Shown here: in pieces, positions 27,331-38,789 of the stretch
How the letters are laid out: each line of letters begins with the position of its first letter
How positions within the stretch are numbered: position 1 is the first letter of the stretch
NCBI GenBank assembly: GCA_009886115.1
Contig: VFJJ01000053.1
Location: 1-53,734, forward strand
Length of the DNA stretch: 53,734 nt
Direction: 5' to 3'
DNA from: Actinomycetota bacterium
Lineage (GTDB): Bacteria; Actinomycetota; Acidimicrobiia; IMCC26256; VFJJ01
Program-made: the position numbers and the translations under genes
The notes under the pieces: generated by a model
The model's input: only the letters and a program-made list of their open reading frames with translations
The model's database searches: none
What the model was told of the DNA's origin: nothing

Positions 27331-28922
27331 TCGTCGGTCGTCTCGGGCTCGAGCCGACAGCGGGAGCCGTGGCCGTCCGAAGGACCTCCGCGCAGCGGCA
27401 CTTCCCGCAGCCGAGTCGCGAGAACGGCCGCCAGCGCGATGACCGGAAGCAACACGAGGTACATGTGCCCCATGGCCCCGGCGAGAGCTTCGACGACCGC
27501 CGAGTGCAGCGGCTCGGCCAGTCGGGCAATGACATCGGGGCTGTCGGCGAGGGTTTCGGCCGTCACCCCGGCCGGAAGGGGATTTGTCGCGATCACAGCC
27601 TCGAGGTTGTGCGCGAGCCGCGACGTGAGCACGGCCCCCGAGACGGCGATCCCGATGGCACTGCCGACCGATCGGGCAAACGAGACGGTGCTCGTCGCCG
27701 TACCCAGATCCGCGAAGTCGACGGCATTCTGAGCCGCGAGGTTGAGGATCGGCGTGAACATCCCCATCGAGAACCCGAACAGGAACATCACCACCATCAC
27801 CGTCTCGGGCTGCGTCGACGGCGCGAGCTGGGTGAAGAACGCTATGCAGGCCACCATCAAGGAGGCTCCACCGACGAACCAGTGCTTGTACCGGCCCGTG
27901 CGCGTCGTGGATCGCCCCGTGTAGATCGAGCTGACGAGCACCCCGATCATCATCGGCGCGACCCGCAGCCCCGAGTTGGTGGCCGAGACCCCAGTGACCA
28001 CCTGCAGGAACGTCGGGAGGTAGACGTTGACCGCCAGGATCGCCGCGCTCGACAAGAACGCCACCGCGCACGTGATGCGGATCACGTCGTTGCCGAACAG
28101 CCGCAAGGGCAGAACGGGCTCGCTCACCCGCCGCTCCCATAGCACGAAGCCAATACCCAGGATCGCCGATGCTCCATACAGCGCAACGGTTTCCCGGGCC
28201 AACGCACCATACTCTCGAGTCGCCCACGAGGTGGCGAGCACCACGCTGACGATCGCCCCCACCAAGATTCCGGCGCCGACCCAGTCGATGCGGTGCTCGC
28301 GCGCCGCGAACGGATAACGCATGACGACCGCGATCACCGCCAAGGCCGCGAAGCCCAAGGGAACATTGATCCAGAAGATCCAGCGCCACGAGAGATGGTC
28401 GGCGAAGAACCCACCCATCAGGGGTCCGGACACGCCGGCCAGGGCGAACGTCCCCGTGAAGTAGCCCATGTAGCGGCCGCGCTGACGCGGCGTGACGATG
28501 TCCCCGAGGATGATGAACGGCATGGAGATCAGGCCACCGCCCCCGATGCCCTGAACACCGCGCGCCAGCGCGAGCTGCACCACCGACTGGGCCAAGGCGC
28601 ACAGCACACTGCCGGCGATGAACGCGCTCACTGCGAAGAGCATCAGCGCGCGGCGGCCGAGCAGGTCGGCGAGCTTGCCGTACAAGGGGGTGACAGCCGT
28701 GGCGACCAATGCGTAGGCCACGAAGACCCAGGTGATCTGATCGAGGCCGCCGAGCTCGCTGACGATGCGCGGGACGGCCGTCGACACGACCGTGGCATCG
28801 ATCGCAGCGAGGAAGTTGCCGACGAGCAGGCCCGAGATGATCGTGACGACCTGTCGATGGCTGATGATCCCGCGCAGGTCGTCGACCGGGCCCACCGGGA
28901 CCGCTGAGGTCGCCGAGGTCAT
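27306..28922 (-). CDS. DHA2 (14-TM) MDR family MFS transporter, copy B
   Basis: D.TVV.TA.PRI, PLYGKLADLLGRR, RGVQGIGGGGL, WRWIFWINVPLG and RSVGSAIG; start ATG 28922 (ATGA overlap). Confidence 0.93.
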   Translation of the reverse strand: MTSATSAVPVGPVDDLRGIISHRQVVTIISGLLVGNFLAAIDATVVSTAVPRIVSELGGLDQITWVFVAYALVATAVTPLYGKLADLLGRRALMLFAVSAFIAGSVLCALAQSVVQLALARGVQGIGGGGLISMPFIILGDIVTPRQRGRYMGYFTGTFALAGVSGPLMGGFFADHLSWRWIFWINVPLGFAALAVIAVVMRYPFAAREHRIDWVGAGILVGAIVSVVLATSWATREYGALARETVALYGASAILGIGFVLWERRVSEPVLPLRLFGNDVIRITCAVAFLSSAAILAVNVYLPTFLQVVTGVSATNSGLRVAPMMIGVLVSSIYTGRSTTRTGRYKHWFVGGASLMVACIAFFTQLAPSTQPETVMVVMFLFGFSMGMFTPILNLAAQNAVDFADLGTATSTVSFARSVGSAIGIAVSGAVLTSRLAHNLEAVIATNPLPAGVTAETLADSPDVIARLAEPLHSAVVEALAGAMGHMYLVLLPVIALAAVLATRLREVPLRGGPSDGHGSRCRLEPETTDDQSRVIGE

Positions 28923-30490
28923 ACCGGCTCGCCAGCGGTGTCGGACGCCGCCTCCAGCCGGTGCTCGATCGCGCCGGTCTTGAGCGGATATTCCTTGAGC
29001 CGCATGGAGTTCACGACGGCGATCAGAGAGATGGGGATGGTGAACCAGTAGATGTGCGAGATCGAATCCGCCAGCACCGACACCACTTCGGAGTGGAGCG
29101 GCTCGCTCAGACGGGCGATCGCCGCCGGGCTCGATGCCAGCTCCCGGGCCGTCATCCCTTCCGGCAACGGGTTCCGAGCTGCGACACCTCGCAACCCGGA
29201 GTCGAGCTTCGAGACGAGCACGGCGCCGCTCAGCGCGACGCCGATGGCCTGACCGACCGAACGGGTGAACTGCAGCGTCGAGGTGGCCGTCCCGACGTCG
29301 GCGAGGTCGACCGAGTTCTGGGCGGCCAGGTTGAGCACCGGCGACGACGTGCCCATCCCGATTCCGAGCACGAACATCAGTCCCATCACGAACCACGGCG
29401 AGATCGACGTGTCGAGCCTGGTGAAGGCCAACTGGCACAACAACGTCACGACGGCTCCACCGACGAACCAGTGCTTGTACCGGCCCGTGCGCGACGTGAG
29501 GCGTCCGGAGACGACGGAGCTGATGAGCACGCCAACCATCATCGGAGCGACGCGCAACCCCGAGTTGGTTGCCGACACGCCGATCACCACCTGAAGGAAC
29601 GTCGGGAGATAGATCGTCGCGCTGACGAGGGCCGCCGACGACAAGAAGCCCTGGAGGCACGTGATCCGCATGACGTCGATACGGAACAGCCGCAAGGGCA
29701 CCAACGGTTCACTGGCCCGCCGTTCCCACCAGAGGAACAGCCCGGTCCCACCGGCGGCGACACCGAACAACGACATCGAGATCGGGGCGGTCCAACCAGC
29801 CTCTGGTCCGGCCCACGACGTGGCGAGCACCAGCGAGCTGATCGCCCCCATGAGCAGGGCCGAGCCGAGGTAGTCGATGGAGTGCTCCCGGGGTGTGAAC
29901 GGGAGCTTCAGCATCAGCTGGATCACCACGAACGACACGATGCCCAAGGGAATGTTGATGTAGAAGATCCAGCGCCACGACAGATGATCGACGAAGAAGC
30001 CACCCACCATCGGCCCGGTGACGCCGGCAACGGCCCACACTCCGGTGAAGTACCCCATGTATCGGCCGCGCTCGCGGGGCGCGAGGATGTCGGCGACGAT
30101 GATCATCGGCACCGAGAGCAGCCCGCCCCCACCGATCCCCTGGATGCCCCGGAACACCGCGAGCTGCAGCAGCGACTGCGCGACGCCGCAGAGCACCGAT
30201 CCCACGAGGAAGGTCACCACGGCGATCTGGAAGATCAGCTTCCGGCCGTAGAGATCGGACAGCTTGCCCCACAAGGGCGTGACGGCGGTGGAGGTCAGCA
30301 CGTAGGCGATCACGACCCAGGCGATGTGCTGGAGCCCACCCAGATCGCCACCGATGCGGGCCAACGCCGTGTGGACGATCGTCCCGTCGAGCGCGGCGAC
30401 GGCCGTTCCGATCATCAGGCCACTGAAGACCGTCATGATCTGACGGTGACTGAGCGTCCCTCGCAGGTCGGCCGTCGGTTGAACCGGCAT
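28919..30490 (-). CDS. DHA2 (14-TM) MDR family MFS transporter, copy A
   Basis: PLWGKLSDLYGRK, RGIQGIGGGGL and WRWIFYINIPLG; closely paralogous to copy B. Confidence 0.93.
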   Translation of the reverse strand: MPVQPTADLRGTLSHRQIMTVFSGLMIGTAVAALDGTIVHTALARIGGDLGGLQHIAWVVIAYVLTSTAVTPLWGKLSDLYGRKLIFQIAVVTFLVGSVLCGVAQSLLQLAVFRGIQGIGGGGLLSVPMIIVADILAPRERGRYMGYFTGVWAVAGVTGPMVGGFFVDHLSWRWIFYINIPLGIVSFVVIQLMLKLPFTPREHSIDYLGSALLMGAISSLVLATSWAGPEAGWTAPISMSLFGVAAGGTGLFLWWERRASEPLVPLRLFRIDVMRITCLQGFLSSAALVSATIYLPTFLQVVIGVSATNSGLRVAPMMVGVLISSVVSGRLTSRTGRYKHWFVGGAVVTLLCQLAFTRLDTSISPWFVMGLMFVLGIGMGTSSPVLNLAAQNSVDLADVGTATSTLQFTRSVGQAIGVALSGAVLVSKLDSGLRGVAARNPLPEGMTARELASSPAAIARLSEPLHSEVVSVLADSISHIYWFTIPISLIAVVNSMRLKEYPLKTGAIEHRLEAASDTAGEPV

Positions 30491-30492
30491 GG

Positions 30493-32046
30493 TTGCACGC
30501 TACAACCAACTATCCGAGGATCACGTCTCGGGGTCGCCCCACCTTCGTCGCGGGACGAGGCAGGGCCGGAAACCACATCGCTGGAATTACCTGGGCCAAC
30601 CAGGAGTGGCCCGACTGGCAGGCCGACGCCTGGCGTCGGTTCGGGAACGCCAAGATGGTGCTCGGCTCCACGGGGATCTTCCCCAGAGGGGGATCGTGGG
30701 CGCAGGCTGCGAGCGGCGCGTACGACCAGCACTGGCTGACCCTGGGGCAGCGACTCGTGGCGACGGGCCAGGAGAACGCCGTCCTCAGGGGCGCCCACGA
30801 GTTCAACGGCGACTGGTTCCACTACGGCGTCGACCAGGGCGAGGTGCAGGACTTCATCGTGTCGTGGCGCCGGTAGGTCGACATCATGCGGTCGGTTCCC
30901 GGCCAACAGTTCACGTTCGACTGGAACCCCTCGGTCGGGATCAACCCCGGTCTCGCCCACGCCGACGTCGCCTATCCCGGCGACCAATGGGTCGATCGGA
31001 TCGCGCTCGACGTCTATGACGGTTGGTACAACCGTGGATGGGCCCCGGGTTCACAGCAGCCGTCGCAGGCCGAGCGCGACGTCGTCTGGGACGAGGTCCT
31101 CAACGGACCCCGAGGGCTGAACTACTGGCGATCCTTCGCCAGCACCCACGGCAAGCACGTGAGCTTCCCCGAGTGGGGTCTCCAGCTGTGGACCGTCGGC
31201 GACGGCTTGATCCACGGCGGCGGCGACAACGCCTCGTTCATCTCGCGCATGTCGGCCATCATCAATGACCCGGCGTGGAACATCGACTACCACGCGTTCT
31301 GGGAGCAGCGGGGCTACGGGGTCATGGATCCCGACAGCGACTCCGCCCGCATCGTGGCGGTACCCCAGAGCCGAGCCGTGTTCTTGTCGCAGCTCGGCGG
31401 CGGCGCCGCGCCGCTTCCCCAGGTGACCACCTCCTCGACTCCGCCGACGCAGCTCCCGAGCACCACGTTGGGCACCCTGCCAGCGTCCTCGAGCACGACC
31501 GCGCCGGCGCCGACCACGACGACCACCGCATCCACGCCCCCTTCGGGATCCGACGACCGGGTGCTGCTCCGGGCGCTCGACCTGGGTGGACCCGATCACC
31601 AGTGGGAGAGCCGACCGTACGCCGCCCACGACGGGGAGACGCCGGTGCCGGACTTCACGACCAACGGTCTCGTCACGTGTCTCGACCCGGCCGCGGCCGG
31701 CACCCCGCCCGACAGTCCCGAGTTGGCCGAGATCGTCCGCTGCGGGTTGGCCAAGGACCCGCAGCAGCCCCCGCTCACGTTGACGTTCACCAACCTGGCA
31801 CCGGGCCGCTACGAGGTCGTGCTCGTGACGACCGATCTCGATCCGGTGACGGGCTCCCGTCCCCGGGCGACGGCGTTCATCAACGGCGAGCAGCGACGAC
31901 TGGAGAGGCCCGCCACCGACGGTGGATGGTGGATGCGACGCCGCCCCTGGAAGCTCGAGGTCACAGGCACCTCCCTGGAGCTCACCTTCCCCGATGATGG
32001 GCTCGCGCCGAGCATCGCCGCTGTCGAGCTGTGGCAGAGCCCCTGA
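30493..32046 (+). pseudogene. Glycoside hydrolase family 26-like protein with an S/T linker and C-terminal beta domain, interrupted by an in-frame TAG (30874-30876) and apparently 5'-truncated
   Basis: ORFs 30493-30876 and 30886-32046 share a frame: LRGAHEFNGDWF...SWRR*VDIMRSVPGQQFTFDWNP...YPGDQWVDRIALDVYD...FPEWG; no signal peptide. Confidence 0.8.
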
Positions 32047-32169
32047 AACCACCATGATCGGCAACGCCGGAGCCCGCCGGGGGCCCGGCGTCAACCTCGA
32101 GCCGTCGGCGGCCCGGTGTGCCTCATCGACACCGAGCCGTCGGCGGGCCGCGACTACCGTCTCGCGACT

Positions 32170-33036
32170 ATGCCTCGAATCGGCTTGGTCACCGACACGG
32201 CCTCGGCCAATCTCGACGAGGACCTCCCTCAACTCGTGGAGGCGCTCGAAGCAGCCGGTGCGCGGCCCGAGATCGTCTGCTGGGACGATCCGCAGGTGCC
32301 CTGGAGCGATCTCTCGATCGCGGTCGTCAGGTCGCCGTGGGAGTACCACGAGCACCGGGCCGATTTCTGCGCCTGGGCCCGGGCGACGAGCACCCGCACG
32401 CGGCTGTGCAACCCCGCCGCCGTGCTGGAGTGGAACACCGACAAGCGGTACCTCCTCGATCTGGTCGCGGCCGGCATCGAGTGCACACCCACGACGGTGC
32501 TGCACCGCGCCGACGGACCGATCCCGTTCCCCGACGGCGAGTTCGTCGTCAAACCCACGATCTCGGCCGGCTCCAGGAACACGGCCCGATTCCGACCCGG
32601 CGATCACGCAGCAGCCGAGGCGCACGTCCACCGGCTGAGCGCCTTGGGCAAGACCGCCATGGTCCAGCCCTATCTCGACAACATCGACACTCTCGGCGAA
32701 ACCGCGCTCGTGTACATCGATGGCCAGTTCAGTCACGCGCTGCGCAAGGGTCCCCTCCTCGTCGCCGGCGCCGAGCCGGCAGCGGGACTCTTCGCCGTGG
32801 AGGAGATGAGCCCCCGCACACCCACGGCGGCCGAAGCTGCACTGGGGGATCGGGTCATGGCCCACCTCGCCGTCCGCTTCGGCGAGCCTTTGCTCTATGC
32901 CCGGGTCGACCTGGTGCCGCTCGACGCGGCCACGCCGCTCGTGCTCGAGGTCGAGCTCACCGAGCCGTCCCTGTTCCACGTTTACGCGCCGGGGTCGGCC
33001 GAACGGCTGGCCGAGGCGATCGTCCGCCGAGCCTGA
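32170..33036 (+). CDS. ATP-grasp (RimK/glutathione synthetase-like) protein
   Basis: WDDP, VRSPWEY, WNTDKRYL, VVKPTISAG, MVQPYL, YARVDL and LEVELTEPSL. Confidence 0.88.
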   Translation: MPRIGLVTDTASANLDEDLPQLVEALEAAGARPEIVCWDDPQVPWSDLSIAVVRSPWEYHEHRADFCAWARATSTRTRLCNPAAVLEWNTDKRYLLDLVAAGIECTPTTVLHRADGPIPFPDGEFVVKPTISAGSRNTARFRPGDHAAAEAHVHRLSALGKTAMVQPYLDNIDTLGETALVYIDGQFSHALRKGPLLVAGAEPAAGLFAVEEMSPRTPTAAEAALGDRVMAHLAVRFGEPLLYARVDLVPLDAATPLVLEVELTEPSLFHVYAPGSAERLAEAIVRRA

Positions 33037-34389
<1,353 letters not shown>

Positions 34390-34406
34390 CCGCGGACACT
34401 GCTCCC

Positions 34407-34453
34407 AAATTTGTGCGGAAATGCTCACGGGGTGAGCGTTTCCGCACAAGTTT
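34407..34453. terminator. 22-bp inverted repeat between convergent genes (bidirectional terminator or REP-like element)
   Basis: AAATTTGTGCGGAAATGCTCAC-GGG-GTGAGCGTTTCCGCACAAGTTT; both mismatches are U-G wobbles on the + strand. Confidence 0.75.
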
Positions 34454-34463
34454 CGTGTCGGGA

Positions 34464-35996
34464 CTACGGGGTGATGCCGATGCGGGCGACGGGGGCGGCC
34501 GCGGTCTGGCGGCGAGACAGTGCGAGCTGCAGCGCCCGCAGCAACACGTTCCTGGTTTCCCGGGGATCGATCAGCTCGTCGAAGCCCAGCGACTGCGCCG
34601 AACGGTACGAGGCGTCGAGCTCGGCTCGGCGGAGCTGGTCGGCCAGGTCGGCATCAGCCTTCATGGCCCGCCCCGAAGCCTTGGCCCCCATGGCTCCCAG
34701 GGTCACGCCGGGATATGCGTACGAGGCGGTCTGACGGTCGAAGCTGACCATGCCCATGACCATCGATCCGAAGCCGTAGGCCTTGCGCATGGTCACCTGG
34801 AACTTGGGCGTGGTCGCCAGGGTCTGGGCCGCGAACATGCGGGCACCGCTACGGAGGATCCCCTGTTGCTCGGACTTCGAGCCCGGCATCACGCCCGGGT
34901 TGTCGGCGAGGAACAACAGAGGGAGATGGAACGAGTCGGCGACGGTGATGAAGTGCGCCGCCTTGTCGGCGGCATTGGCGTCGACCGATCCGGCCATCAC
35001 CTTGGGCTGATTGGCGATCACGGCCACCGGTTCGCCCGCGAGACGGGCCAGCCCACAGATGATGACCGGCCCGAACGTGGGCTGGACCTCGAACCAGTCG
35101 CCGCCGTCGACGATGCAGTCGATGACACGCCGCATGTCGTAGACCTTGCGATTGTCGCGAGGAACGATCGAGAGGATGGCGTCGGTGCGGCGCGGTCCCT
35201 GGTCGCTGGTCTCGACCCGGCCCGGGTACGACCACGCGCTCGCCGGGAAATACGACAGGTAACGCCGAATGATCGCGAGCGCCGCCACGTCGTCGTCGGC
35301 CACGTTGTGCACGAGACCACTGGCGATCGCCACGCCGGGCCCACCGAGCTCGTCCTTGGTGATGTCCTCGCCGATCGACTCCCTGACGACCGGCGGCCCG
35401 GCCGTGAAGATCGACGCCTGGCGGGTCATCACGGCGAAGTCGCTCATGGGGGCGATGAGTGCTCCGTGACCGGCCGAGGCGCCCATGACCCCGGTCACCA
35501 TCGGCACCTTCCCCGAGAGCTGCGACTGCATGATGAGATCGGTCGGCGATCGCCCGTGTGAGCGCTCGGTGGGACGGTATCCGGCGCCTTCGAGGAGCAT
35601 GATCAACGGCATGCGCTCCTGGAGGGCGATCTCGGCGATGCGGTACCGCTTGGCGTTGCTGCCACTGGCGATCGTCCCGGCAACGGTGGTGAAGTCTTCG
35701 GCGCCCACCATCACCGGTCGTCCGTCGATCAGGCCGCTGCCCGCGACCAGCGCGTCGGCCGGCACGTCGCCGACCAGCGTGCCGATCTCCTGGAACGAGC
35801 CGGGGTCGAGGAGAGCGTCGACCCGGGCGCGAGCGTCGAGCTTGCCGGCTGCCCTGTGCCGAGCGAGGCGATCGTCGCCGCCCATCACGCGGGCCGACGC
35901 CCTGCGAGCATCGAGATCGGCGAGCGTGGGGCCCCAGCCGTTCGGTAGCTCGTCGTGCTCTGGCGGGTTCGTGCGCTTGTCGTTCGTCTCGTCCAT
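34464..35996 (-). CDS. Acyl-CoA carboxylase carboxyltransferase (beta) subunit
   Basis: GKLDARARV..LLDPGSF, DFTTVAGT, FTAGPPVV, ANQP, DNPGVMPG and RKAYG. Confidence 0.92.
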   Translation of the reverse strand: MDETNDKRTNPPEHDELPNGWGPTLADLDARRASARVMGGDDRLARHRAAGKLDARARVDALLDPGSFQEIGTLVGDVPADALVAGSGLIDGRPVMVGAEDFTTVAGTIASGSNAKRYRIAEIALQERMPLIMLLEGAGYRPTERSHGRSPTDLIMQSQLSGKVPMVTGVMGASAGHGALIAPMSDFAVMTRQASIFTAGPPVVRESIGEDITKDELGGPGVAIASGLVHNVADDDVAALAIIRRYLSYFPASAWSYPGRVETSDQGPRRTDAILSIVPRDNRKVYDMRRVIDCIVDGGDWFEVQPTFGPVIICGLARLAGEPVAVIANQPKVMAGSVDANAADKAAHFITVADSFHLPLLFLADNPGVMPGSKSEQQGILRSGARMFAAQTLATTPKFQVTMRKAYGFGSMVMGMVSFDRQTASYAYPGVTLGAMGAKASGRAMKADADLADQLRRAELDASYRSAQSLGFDELIDPRETRNVLLRALQLALSRRQTAAAPVARIGITP

Positions 35997-36058
35997 CGCC
36001 GGCGACGCTAGCCCCGGCCGACCCGGGCGACCTACCGTGCGGGCAGTTCGACACGAGG

Positions 36059-37087
36059 ATGGCGGGGGCGGCGATGGTCTTCACGAAGCGGCGGGTGGTC
36101 ACGGGTCACGACGACGGAGTCAAGGCGGTGTTTCTTTCCGATGGAGAGCCGGCCAAGGTGATCGAGGTGCCCGGCAGCTTCGCCGTGTCCGAGGTGCTCT
36201 GCCTCGACGGCCGTCCGACGAGCGCGACCGATGGCGGCGACTCGACCGAGGATGGCTTCGGGCTACACCCCGAGCCGGGTGGGGCGACCTTTCGGATCAT
36301 CCGCTTCCCCCCTCCGCCCGCCGACGCGGCCGAGGAGGATCGCTGGATCCGCATCGACATCGAGGATCCCGAGCGCCCGGGCATGCACACCACCGACACG
36401 CTCGACTTCGAGATCATCCTCGACGGCGAGATCGTCCTCGGCCTCGACGACGGCGACCATCACCTGAAGGCCGGCGACGTCGTGATCCAACGGGCCACCC
36501 CCCATCGCTGGGGTGTCGTCGGCGATCGCCCGTGCACCTACCTCGTGGTGATGCTCCGCCCCGATCCGTCGGCCCCCACGCCGCCGGTGGCACTGTCACC
36601 CCGGACGTCGAGTGACACCAAAGGCATCGGGTTCCGGCGTCTGGTGACGGGTACCGACGAGCACGGCCGCTCGTACGCCGTCGACTTCGGGGCGCCCGCG
36701 GTCATCGCCCGACCCGGAGGGCCCGACGGGGTCATCATGGCCGATCTGTGGCAGACGGGTGGGGCCCTCGTGCACGCCGATCAGGGCGGCGACACCACCG
36801 AGCCCAGCCCGCTCGAGCCGCTCGGGGCGGGCGTGTCGTTCCGTTACGTGGAGCTCCCCGCCGGGCACGACCCGGGTGAGCGGGGCTGGCACACCACCGA
36901 CACCATCGATGTCGACGTGATCCTCAGCGGCCGCATGGAGCTGTCGTTGCCCGATGTCGATCCGGTCGTGCTCGTGGCTGGCGACGTGGTGATCCAACGG
37001 GCCACCAACCACCGCTGGCGCCCGCTCGGCGACGAGCCCGTCCGCATGGCGGCGGTGATGCTCGGCCTCGGGTCCGCCTCGGACTGA
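36059..37087 (+). CDS. Tandem (internally duplicated) cupin protein
   Basis: Two copies of RR.VTG.D..G...HTTDT.D...IL.G...L.L......L.AGDVVIQRAT.HRW. Confidence 0.88.
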   Translation: MAGAAMVFTKRRVVTGHDDGVKAVFLSDGEPAKVIEVPGSFAVSEVLCLDGRPTSATDGGDSTEDGFGLHPEPGGATFRIIRFPPPPADAAEEDRWIRIDIEDPERPGMHTTDTLDFEIILDGEIVLGLDDGDHHLKAGDVVIQRATPHRWGVVGDRPCTYLVVMLRPDPSAPTPPVALSPRTSSDTKGIGFRRLVTGTDEHGRSYAVDFGAPAVIARPGGPDGVIMADLWQTGGALVHADQGGDTTEPSPLEPLGAGVSFRYVELPAGHDPGERGWHTTDTIDVDVILSGRMELSLPDVDPVVLVAGDVVIQRATNHRWRPLGDEPVRMAAVMLGLGSASD

Positions 37088-37389
37088 GCGTCAGGTTCGG
37101 CGTCGGGTTCCTGCGGGCCGCCGTCGCGACGCTGCGCACCGAAAGCGCGCCCGTACACTCAAGCGAGATGGGTCGACGCCACGGTGCCGGGATGGCCGCG
37201 ATGCTTGTGGCCTGTTCATCGCGGCGTGCGCTGAGCCGGATGTCGAAGCGGCGTCTGGCGACCACGGCGAGGGACTCGAAGGGACCCACCATCGAACGGC
37301 GAGATCTCGGGACGACCGCCTGCAGAGAGGCGTCGAACGAGGCGCTCGAGCGCCCCAACGAGCGTGTCCGTGATGATGGGCAGGATCGT

Positions 37390-37656
37390 ACCGAGCCGCT
37401 GCGGGCCGCTTTCTCGTGTGCGGTCAGGCGCACGTTCACTGGCCCGACGTCATGTCCGGTCAGTTCGGTTCAACTCGTCGACGAGTCGACCGGGTCGACG
37501 ACCTCGTGGCTTCGGACGTTCGGCACTGGTGAGACTGCGACGATCCCCAACCCGATGCTGCGAGCCCGTTCCGGAATCGAACAGTTGACACTGGAAGTGA
37601 GCGATGGGCGATCGACCTCGATCGTTACATCGTACGTCACCTGGGGCCAGTGCTGA
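37390..37656 (+). pseudogene. PKD-domain-like fragment (degenerate)
   Basis: PLRAAFS...VQLVDESTGSTTSWLRTFGTGETATIPNP...LTLEVSDG resembles the PKD consensus; no credible start or signal peptide. Confidence 0.45.
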
Positions 37657-37678
37657 ACGACCTACCCCATCGGGCAGA

Positions 37679-38680
37679 TCACCAACGGCCCGGTCGAGGG
37701 CCGGCGGAGTAGCCGGAGCGGCTCCGGCGGGGCGTGCCCGTCGAGCGTGCCGCCTCGCTGCGGAGAACGTCGTTGACGGGACGGCCGGGGGCTCGCCGGG
37801 GATGGTGGATACCGGCGGCCGAGATCAGCCGCCACACGCGGGCCTCGTGGCCGGGGAACTCGGCGAGGAGCGCGGCCATCATGCGGTCGTCGCCTCGCAT
37901 CTCGCCGGTGAGGGCGAACACGACATCACGGCCGACGTGCCAGTCGCCAATGAGCACGGCCGACGGATCACCATACGCCACATGGCGAACGAGGCTCAGC
38001 GTCCACGGCCCGATCCCGGGGATGGTCGCCAGCCTTCGACATGTGCGCTCCACGTCGTGAGCGCTCGCGAGCAGAGCCGGCGCCTCGGCGGCGACCATGC
38101 GAAGCGTGACGGCACGCCGGTGCTCGAGGCCCACTCGACGAAAGTCCCACACCGGCAGGCCGGCGACGACGGCCGGGTCGGGGGGCAGCCACAGTCCGGC
38201 CACGGGGCCCGGAGCCGGCTCGCCGAAGCGGCGCACGAGGGCCGACCAGGTCCTGGTGGCCTCCTGGGTCGTCACCCTCTGCTCGACGACCGCTCGCATC
38301 GCCAGCTCCACGGGATTCGCGCCGGCGGTCAGGCGCAGCCCCCTCACGCGCGACGCCAGCGCCGACACCACGGGGTGCGCCGTGCTGAACGTCTCGGGAT
38401 CGTCGGCCTGACCGAGCAGTCCCGGTGCCCGGGCGATCGCTTCACGGGCGCCGGCCCCGAACGCCCGAACGTGAACCACCCCTTCGGCGGGCGTGAAGAC
38501 CAGGGTCGCCGGGCCCGAGGCGGTCCGGGTGGCGAGGGCGGCGCCCGAGCGGCCCACGCGCACACACGGATCGGACGGGCCCCGACCGACGACGCCGAGG
38601 GTGCGGGCGAGGTCGAGCGGCCCCCTGGGAGTCACGACCGACGTGTGCTCGTGAACCGCACCGGGCTCGGTCGCGCTCAT
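37679..38680 (-). CDS. AlkA/HhH-GPD family DNA-3-methyladenine glycosylase
   Basis: AVVEQRVT..EA, RRFGEPAPGP, HhH LATIPGIGPWT and GDPSAV..GD. Confidence 0.85.
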   Translation of the reverse strand: MSATEPGAVHEHTSVVTPRGPLDLARTLGVVGRGPSDPCVRVGRSGAALATRTASGPATLVFTPAEGVVHVRAFGAGAREAIARAPGLLGQADDPETFSTAHPVVSALASRVRGLRLTAGANPVELAMRAVVEQRVTTQEATRTWSALVRRFGEPAPGPVAGLWLPPDPAVVAGLPVWDFRRVGLEHRRAVTLRMVAAEAPALLASAHDVERTCRRLATIPGIGPWTLSLVRHVAYGDPSAVLIGDWHVGRDVVFALTGEMRGDDRMMAALLAEFPGHEARVWRLISAAGIHHPRRAPGRPVNDVLRSEAARSTGTPRRSRSGYSAGPRPGRW

Positions 38681-38789
38681 CAGGGCGCAACGTACCAGGC
38701 CAGAGCGGGCCCAACCCCCGCTCACGGGTTCATCCCATGTTCACTCCACGGCTACCCGACCGGTCTGCTCTGCACCTATGGTGGCGCCC

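Noticed and set aside
30874..30876. Pyrrolysine or programmed readthrough of the GH26 TAG
   Set aside because: Non-catalytic position, no pyl genes in the window, and the gene also looks 5'-truncated; a nonsense mutation or error is simpler
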